From Octopus vulgaris (lineage: Eukaryota): a DNA stretch of 64,000 bases. The stretch's first letter is position 1; each line of letters opens with the position of its first letter. Location of the stretch: positions 21,824,001 through 21,888,000 of the forward strand of contig OX597817.1 in NCBI GenBank assembly GCA_951406725.2, given 5' to 3'. Positions 55,799 through 64,000 of the stretch are shown in pieces. The notes under the pieces are model-generated. The model was given only the letters and a program-made list of their open reading frames with translations. It was not told the DNA's origin and searched no databases. The translations under genes and the position numbers were made by a program.

Positions 55799-55838
<40 letters not shown>

Positions 55839-55853
55839 TGCATGTAAAGGCAT

Positions 55854-55887
<34 letters not shown>

Positions 55888-55895
55888 GGATAGAT
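55565..55895. repeat. (TA)/(TATG)/(GATA) microsatellite
   Basis: Directly visible. Confidence 0.95.
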
Positions 55896-56586
55896 ACAGA
55901 GGGAGAGAGGGACAGAGTGATGTATATGCACATGTATAATACACAGAGATACAGGTATACACATGCACAAAAGCACAAATTCATGCATACACACATACGC
56001 GCATACACGTCGACACATACGCAAATATTAATATGCCCACATACAAAAAGAAGCATTCATTCGCAGAAAGACACATACACCCACGTACATACATAAATTC
56101 ATGCAGACATACATACATACACACATACGTACAAATGTATGCAACAGCCTGTTTATTAAGAAGCGAAATATTATATATATTTATGTTTTCTCATTAGCTT
56201 TGGTCTTCTTTTTTTTTTTTTTGAGCACATTGTTATTGCATGCTTCTGCAGCACATATGGCGTAGCTGTTTGTGCCTGGAGTACTTTCAGTGTTTCGTGT
56301 TTTTAATGTATTTTTCCTATTGTATGAAGAGTACTATGCATATTAAAATTATCAGTGCTATTTTCTGCATGTACGAGTGGGTGAACTATAGAAATGAGAT
56401 ATCATTTAACTTCTTTAAGTATTTAGTATAATTTACTAAATGTAGTTCTGATGTACTTAATGTCTCATATGGAACTACACGTGCCCACATTCTCAGGGAA
56501 GTTGAGACAGAATGAAGTGAATTTAAAAGGAGATTTAGAAATTGCTTGTAGATGAGAATACATACATCAGTGTACGTATATATATA

Positions 56587-56777
56587 GGGAGAGTTTACGA
56601 AAAAAAAAACAGAAGACCAAGACAGGGGGTGTACAAAACAAACAGATGTATTAGTATAACGCTCAGGAATAGAAAAAATCTTTTACATTTCGAGCCTACA
56701 CTCTTCTACAGAAAGGGACACAGAAAAAACAAGGAGAGGAGCAAAGAGAGAAAAAAATGTGTGTAGTGGCTAACGAT
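56587..56777 (-). mobile_element. Short Penelope-like terminal-repeat fragment
   Basis: Carries a hammerhead-like motif and shares GTATTA....AC.CTCAGGAA.AGAA with 58609-58806; flanked by TA/TG runs. Confidence 0.6.
56680..56715 (-). ncRNA. Minimal type I hammerhead-like motif (core variant CUGUAGA)
   Basis: Minus strand: CUUU-CUGUAGA-A-GAGU(GUAG)GCUC-GAAAU-GUA-AAAG. Confidence 0.55.
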
Positions 56778-58559
56778 ACGTGTGTGTGTCTGTCTGTCTG
56801 TATATATATATATATTTATTGACGTAGAGATAATTAAACACAGAGATTTATTGATTACGCTTTGTCAGGGACTACGGGGCACATTTTAAATGGTACGCAT
56901 GTCCACCATGTAGGAAACCTACTCGCAAATGCAACCGGTAGTCAATTAAACGCATTGCTCAAGTGAATAAAGCACCGCTTAATCGGAGAATCGAAATATG
57001 ATCGAATACAAGAGTCCTACAAACTCGTCCAGTCGGGTTCACGGATCCGCATATTTTATATTGTATAGAATGGCATGGTGTAATTTAGATATAGCGTATT
57101 ATGGGTTCCCGTGCATGGGACAACAATAGTTTTGAACTAAATGAAATATATATTTTCAGGTCTTATGTGAATACTTAACGCTCCTGACAAGGCTAGACAA
57201 CATGTAAGTTGACGTACACTTAGGAACCTATAATAACCTGCTCAATTACTTGTTGAGAATAGGTGAGCACTGGCATATGACGTGTAATTAAGGATACACA
57301 ATAAAGAATATGTAATTAGAGATTTTTAATTAGATATATGTGTGTAGTTATTAGTGCTGACTAATTAGGGTTGCGTTAATTAAGGTACACCTAATTAAAG
57401 AATATGGAAATGCTGGTTTGCTAAGGAATCGATGCTGTAATTAAGGATGTGTGATTAGAAATGTGCAAGTGAGAATTATATTCAACATCACTAGTAAAAT
57501 TAGTGATGTGTAATTATTGATGGAGAAAAATGGTTTTTAGTGTCGGCTAGTCAAGTTTTTGCGGTTTTAATTTATTATAGAAACTAAGGAAAAAATCAAT
57601 TTATCATAAAAAAAAGCATATTTAGACACTTTCCAAAATAATATTTTTACTTAAATTCCCCAGAGAATATGTACGATCTTTAACAGGAAATGTTGAAAAC
57701 TTGCTTTTATTTTTTACACAAATGTTTTTGTTATGTAAAAACACCATACTCGGTTGCATACTCGTATGCAACGTACATATGTATGTGTGTAAATGTCTGT
57801 GTATGCATGCATGTATGTATGTGTGTGTGTATGTGTGCGTGTCTGTGTGAGTGTCTGTGTGTGTATAGGTGTATGTAAATATGCATATGTGTATATATGC
57901 ATGCAGACATATGTTCACGCACTAAGACGCATGCTTGCACGCACACACACACACACACAACTTGGATATCTGGCCAAATGCACAGGCAAAACATTAATTT
58001 TCAGCTGCGTCTAATTGCAAGTAGAATTAAACCACGTTGCACAAATGTTTTATTTATATATTACATCACATAACTTCAATTTTAATTGGCCAACTTACTA
58101 ATTTAATTGGTTTTCATCATGCAGAAATATCGTTAATCCGACAAATCCTCTTGCTGGTTTACATTTCTTGTTCAGTTATATTAGAGAGATTGTGATTTCT
58201 CGGCATTCCAAGCTTTGGAATCGCACCGCATAACTGTTCATAGAAAAGGACGAAACTGAGAAGTTCAAGACATTTGTTTTAACGGTCTGTTCTTGCACCT
58301 TATTAAGTCGTAGCAAAAGGTATCATGTGAGGAAAATGGAGATGCCTAAACTTGAAGGTGAGCTTAGTGTGTGTGAATACCATTGAAAGCTTTTGTAAGG
58401 AAACAGAATCACATTTCTAGAGATCTCAGTAAATAAACTTAGTAGCCCACGATTTATGCTTGTGACCATTGGAAAATCCTATTACTTCATAAGAAGAGTG
58501 ACCTGCAAAACTCGGAGTGTCATCAGGGCTACCCAATATTTGTCACATATTACATTTGC

Positions 58560-58608
<49 letters not shown>

Positions 58609-58612
<4 letters not shown>

Positions 58613-58806
58613 ATCCAAACATGAAAACACAACTACGCGAGGACGTGAAACAAATATAGTATTATTGGACACTCAGGAAAAGAAGAAGGAGGGTTTAACG
58701 TTTCGAGCGGAGCTCTTCGTCAGAAACATAGGAAAAGGAAAGATCCAGAGAAGGGAAGAAGGAGGAATAAGTTGCCAACGGTACACACGCGGTCACATTT
58801 TGAATG
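58609..58806 (-). mobile_element. Short Penelope-like terminal-repeat fragment embedded in (TA)n
   Basis: Contains an intact minimal hammerhead motif and is bounded on both sides by TA microsatellite. Confidence 0.7.
58693..58727 (-). ncRNA. Minimal type I hammerhead ribozyme motif
   Basis: Minus strand: GUUU-CUGACGA-A-GAGC(UCC)GCUC-GAAAC-GUU-AAAC. Intact core, 4-bp stems I and II, and a loopless palindromic stem III (ACGU). Confidence 0.78.
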
Positions 58807-58809
58807 TAT

Positions 58810-58828
58810 TATATATATATATATATAT

Positions 58829-58919
<91 letters not shown>

Positions 58920-58954
58920 TAGATATATAGATATAGATATATAGATAGATTGAT

Positions 58955-58997
<43 letters not shown>

Positions 58998-59002
58998 CAG
59001 AC

Positions 59003-59043
<41 letters not shown>

Positions 59044-59126
59044 CATACATACATACATACATACATACATACATACATACATACATACATACATACATAC
59101 ATACATACATACATACATACATACAT
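58810..59126. repeat. (TA)n(GATA)n(CATA)n compound microsatellite
   Basis: Directly visible. Confidence 0.97.
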
Positions 59127-59444
59127 AGTTTTGACAGCGTGTTTTGTGTCTCCACACATTTTCATATTCTGACAACATGTTATGCTGTATTTCAAAATCA
59201 CGACGCTGCTACATGATAATCAGCAGCGAGTAAAAACGAAAAGACTAATGCAAAATTGAAATGAGTAAAGAAAGAGCGAATAAAAACGGAAAAACTAAAG
59301 GATAGAAATGAAAGAAAATTATAGTTACTTCCCCATTCTTGTTGATCCTAAATTAACGAAACAGTAAACTATCTGTGTGTTTGTGTGCGTGTGAGCATGT
59401 GTGCTTGTGTGTATGGTCTATCACTACACTTGGCTAACATCCCG

Positions 59445-60500
59445 GTATATTCTTTGCTTTTACCGACACCGTCATGCCCTATTTTTGTGCCGGCTTATCG
59501 TATTTACTTAAGAGACGGTTAATACTTTCGTATCTGTTTTTCAAGGATTCCCCATACACACTCTAACATAGTTTTAAAAACCTTAGTCTTCCTGAAGGTA
59601 GTTCTAATGACGTGTTCATGAGCGACTGTAATTATCGATTCGGTGTTTTCAGATTTCAATTTGGCTGTCACAGCTTGGAATTTTATACCCAATTTCTGTG
59701 ATTTGCTGCATAAATTAGCCATTTGCTTCCCTGTATTTCTAAATATTTATACGGCGGTTCTTCTTTTTGTTCTTGGATTCTCCTAGAGTATAAACGACTT
59801 TTGGATGTTTTCGTCTGTAGACAGTAATGCTCCTCTATTAAAAGCAGGAAAGATTTTAAGACTAAATATGGTAGTACTGTATGGTCCTCTTTCTCTTCTT
59901 GGTAGGTAGAATCTGTTGATATTACTGTTTGGATGATGCTTGTGTATTTTGAGCAACTTCCCGTTTCTTCAATCTAATTACTGTAAATCTACCTTCGTCT
60001 ATTGTAGAAAAAGTGTAGAGTATTTTGACACTAGTATGGCCATGCATTCTTTGCTTTGATAACATTTTCTCTATTTATGAGACCTGGGTTTGTATTATCT
60101 TGTTATGTTTTGTGATTTTGTTGTTTGAGTGTATGGGGATATTTTGTCTTATCTATATTCTACGTAATATTCTACATTTTATCTCATATTTTTTAATCAT
60201 TCCCAAGATACTTGTTAGAGGTATTCTGATTATTTTTGATCTCTATTTTCTAGTTCTTTCTATTCCCAGATTTTTATATTTGGGTAATATGTCAGTTTCT
60301 TTCTTATCGAATGCTGGGACTGATAATTCAATCAGAAGGCACTTAGATTCTTGGTTATTCGTGACAAAAATATCGGCTGGCTTTGTCTTTATCTTCCTCT
60401 CTTTATGGATTAACATATTCAAAGTACGGTCGCTTTGTCATTCTGTGAAATCTTTTCTGGTGGTGTTGATTTATACCAACGCTTTCTGACAGTATTTCAT
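59445..60500 (-). mobile_element. Decayed R4/Dong-clade LINE fragment (RT thumb region)
   Basis: Collinear minus readings YLGMIKK, LKIHKHHPNSNINRFYLPRRERGP (like HHP.S...RLY.PR..GGRG) and LKSENTESIITVAHEHVIRT. Confidence 0.7.
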
Positions 60501-61587
60501 AACGCCAGCATAATTTCTACTGCATCATCATCATCGTCGCCGTCGTCATCATCATCTTCATCATGATCATCATGATTGGTTGTGTTACTGGTGCAAGAGG
60601 TAGTATTTGTTTTGTATTTGATGGTCTTCTTACCCTTGCTCTCGCTGATTTTCCGTTAGAGAATATGAATGTCTCTGACAAAGACATAGCAAACAAAACT
60701 TAAATCTCTTATTACAATCTTCTATTTGCTACTGACGTTCGGCCTTCAAGAATGACAGCAAATGCTTTCAAGTTATGAAGCAAATTTATTTAATATTCTG
60801 CAATTCCATTACAGTGCCAACAATCTGTTTGCCTGTTATTCTTGTTTCAATGTTTGCTTTCCATTTTTGTTGTATGGTTATTTATTTATTTATTTATTTA
60901 TTTACTTTTTTGTATTTTTGCTTATCTCTTATTTTTACTGTTTGAGTTTTTCATTCTTTTAGCGTTCTAATATGTTTTAATGTTTTATTATTTTTTTATT
61001 ATCTTTTTCGTTATTTTTCCCCAATTTTCACCTAAATGCGTTGTAATCTATTTGTAACTTACTACAAAAGCAAACAAAAAATTATTTATTAAACATAACT
61101 ATCACTAACAATTTAATAATTATTGCTGTTTTCTTGCCAAGTTGAGTTATTTTATTCGGTTATGTTAATTTAGTTATTTACAGCTTCCTTGATTTTTTCT
61201 GGTTATTTGTTTTTATTTATTTTTTCTCAGTTTATTTCATACTTCTTCTCTTTTCGTTTCACTTATCGTTTTCCAAAACAAAGTAAACGTAAATATTTTA
61301 TGAGAAAACACGGAACAGCAAAGGTTAATATGAGTTGGTAATCTCGGTTTATTTTGATATTTATGTATTTCTTTTTTATAATAGTGGCAGTCTTGCTCCC
61401 TTTTGCTTATTAAGAATTCCAAGTAAACTGCGGGGATATTAATAAGAGGAATCTTGCTACAGATTTTGAATATTGCCAATATTATAAGAAGAATGCTTGA
61501 TAGCGAAAAAAGATTAAAAGAATGGAGAAACACATGAATATAAGAAATAGGTTATTCGGTTTCTAAGAATAGGGAGAAAAACCCAAA

Positions 61588-61596
61588 GATGATAAA

Positions 61597-61636
<40 letters not shown>

Positions 61637-61830
61637 GTGATGTTGATGATGATGATGATGATTATGAGGATGATGATCAGTAGGTGGTAGTTTATGATGA
61701 TGATGATGAACATGATTATGGTGTTGTTGTTGTTGGTGGTGGTGGTGGTGATGGTGGTGGACTTGGTATATGTGTTGTTGTTGGTGGTGGTATTGTTGTT
61801 GTTGTTGGTGGTGTTGTCGATGATGACGGC
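61588..61830. repeat. Compound (GAT)/(GTT)/(GGT) trinucleotide array
   Basis: Directly visible. Confidence 0.95.
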
Positions 61831-62236
61831 ATTTTGAAGAGTGCGACATCTAGCGTAAGTGGTAGGGAGTAAAAAGCTCATAAAAATTCTAATAATGAAA
61901 GTGATGCTGATGATGCTTATGATGCCCACGATAATTGTCTTTATTCTGACGAAAATTGTATTGTTGATGCTGCAGCTATTTTTGCTTGATGGTTTCGATT
62001 TGGAAAAAAATAATTAAGGAGCAAAGAACAAAGAAGTTTTAGATTCAATTTGGTGTCAGACGCACAAATATCTAATGCCGTTTAGCGTAATACTATGTCT
62101 TTCACAAATTCTCATATCCTTAAATATATGTCACAGTGACAATGAAGAAATCATCAATACTTTCCTTATGTTGACATTATATATATTTCCTTATGTTGAC
62201 ATTAACTCACGGAATATATTTACTTTATGCGTCTTC

Positions 62237-62568
62237 TAGTTTAATATGTTCTCTGTTTTCTTCATTAACGCGCATAATTTTTGATTGTCGCGGTTGACTT
62301 TCAATCCTAGATTGGCAGCTCTTGCTTCTAATTTTGGCTTTACGTTTGTGAAAGCAATGCTATATGATCTGCAAAGTCGATGTCTTCTAGAACGTCTGCA
62401 TCCGTCCATTCAATGCCTGTTTGGCTTTCAATCGTAATTTCCTTCATAATCTAATCAATAACTAGTAGAAATAAAAAAGGCAGAAAGTATACAGCCCTGT
62501 CGAACTCCTGTTTTTACTTCGAATTTATCCGTAGCTCCGTTTCCATGCAAGACACGGCATGACATACT
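62237..62568 (-). mobile_element. RTE-clade LINE RT fragment (inverted segment)
   Basis: Minus strand: CRVLHGNGATDKFEVKTGVRQGCILS / LFLLVID*IMKE..GIEW...LEDIDFADHIALLS / LGLKVN. Confidence 0.88.
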
Positions 62569-62916
62569 TAAAATTAGATGGCCCGAACACATAAGCATTA
62601 AGGAGCCGTGCCAAAGAACAAATCAAGTTTCGATTAGAAGCAAATACTTAAGAAAAAGTGGAAGTGGATTGGTAGCATAATTAGAAAAGACACACCAAAT
62701 GTAGCGAAAAGTGCTTTACAGTGGAATCCTGATGTGTATAGAAATAAAGACAGGCCTAAAAATTCGTAACGTAGATCAACATGAAAGGAACTAGAGAAAG
62801 GGGGACATTTATGGCAGAGTATAAGTACAGAAGCGAAAAATTATGCGACATGGAATTCAATTATAAGTGGGCTATACTCCGCGTTGGACGCTTAAAGGCA
62901 GAAAAAAAGAAAATAA
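62569..62916 (+). mobile_element. RTE-clade LINE 3' end
   Basis: KIRWPEHIS..RTNQ / KWKWIGSIIRK...AKSALQWNPD..RPKNS*RR...W..I...A...W..II.GL, then a stop and an A-rich tail. Confidence 0.88.
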
Positions 62917-63683
62917 ATGAGTCTTCAGGAGATTAATTTTACGTCAGGAAGTAAGATATACATTTTGGAAGAATGAAGTCGAATGAAGTTTGTAGGAACG
63001 AAATATTTCTAGAAAATTGAGGAAATCACTGTAGTGATAGGTTCGTAACGCTTGCAAACCTTTCTTGAATGATGTGACTGCAAACCAGTATGTGAAAGTA
63101 AATTATTTGCAACAGAGTAAACTCCTCCAAAGATAGGCAAGTATTACATAGTTGTGATAAACCAAGCAGTGTGTTGAGCCTGAGGTCGCAGCATGATGAA
63201 ATGTTTAAGTTCGCTTCAAAAACACGAAAGCGTAGATTCAATTACATCGCATGACATTTTGAGCATGGGTATTTCACTTAGGTGTACCCAAGCTTTGAGA
63301 AAATAAAACGAGTTGGCAAGAATTGCGGAAATTCTCAGCAAAGATAGCACATTCAAAAGTACAACCTAATCACATAGTATCATGAAGATTCTACTTGATG
63401 ATTATATTAACGGTATACTTATCTATGTAATGATCAAACACTTATAGTATAAATCAATAGGCAGTAAAATTAGTTGATCGAACAGATGAAGCTTCGACGT
63501 CCTTTTACTCATGTAGGAAATACTACCTTAGTTTCCAGGCTTTAAACGTTTGAGATATTAAAGGCATCTCTTAAATAGAAGTTTAGATTCGTTCGTAATG
63601 TATTTAGATTCTGATCTATTCTTTCAAACCTGCAACAAACCATAAAGGTATTAGTCTTACATTAAAGTATGTTCAGAGATCTA

Positions 63684-64000
63684 TGGACGGAAGCACTCCG
63701 TCGGTTACGACGACGAGGGTTCCGGTTGATCCGAATCAACGGAACAGCCTGCTCGTGAAATTAACGTGTAAGTGGCTGTGCACTCCACAGACACGCGTAC
63801 CCTTAACGTAGTTCTCGGGGATATTCAGCGTGACACAGAGAGTGACATGGCCGGCCCTTTGAAATACAGGTACAACAGAAACAGAAAGTAAGAGTGAGAG
63901 AAAGTAAGAGTGGTGAAAGAGTACAGCAGGGATCACCACCATCCCCTGCCGGAACCTCGTGGAGCTTTAGGTGTTTTCGCTCAATAAACACTCACAACGC
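63684..64000 (-). mobile_element. tRNA-derived SINE (body A + tail X), cut by the window end
   Basis: Near-identical to 4255-4571. Confidence 0.92.

Noticed and set aside
61237-61533. Possible RT N-terminal remnant (KT.II.KK...YKIFT-like)
   Set aside because: Similarity is too weak to support by eye; it needs a profile search.
63527-63629. Minus-strand exon-like segment after a TTGCAG acceptor
   Set aside because: Stops in all three frames and a weak donor.

Overview
This is AT-rich eukaryotic non-coding DNA (intron or intergenic), packed with (TA)n, (CA)n, (TATG)n, (GATA)n and trinucleotide microsatellites. The SINE families and repeat density suggest an octopus/cephalopod genome; this is an inference with no database search. 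I recognise no intact host gene, and almost all long ORFs in the track are microsatellite artefacts. Retroelement relics: tRNA-derived SINEs of several modular types, R4/Dong, RTE and CR1-group LINE fragments, and Penelope-like terminal repeats. DNA-transposon relics: piggyBac, hAT, mariner and Helitron ends. The most notable observations are four minimal hammerhead-ribozyme motifs (two show a compensatory stem-I change, two lie in a ~420-bp palindrome), all four combinations of two SINE bodies with two SINE tails, repeated Dong-type LINE fragments beside trinucleotide repeats, and a 5'-inverted RTE insertion. I see no convincing evidence for a wholly new biological system. Boundaries of old elements are approximate, and all translations were done by eye.
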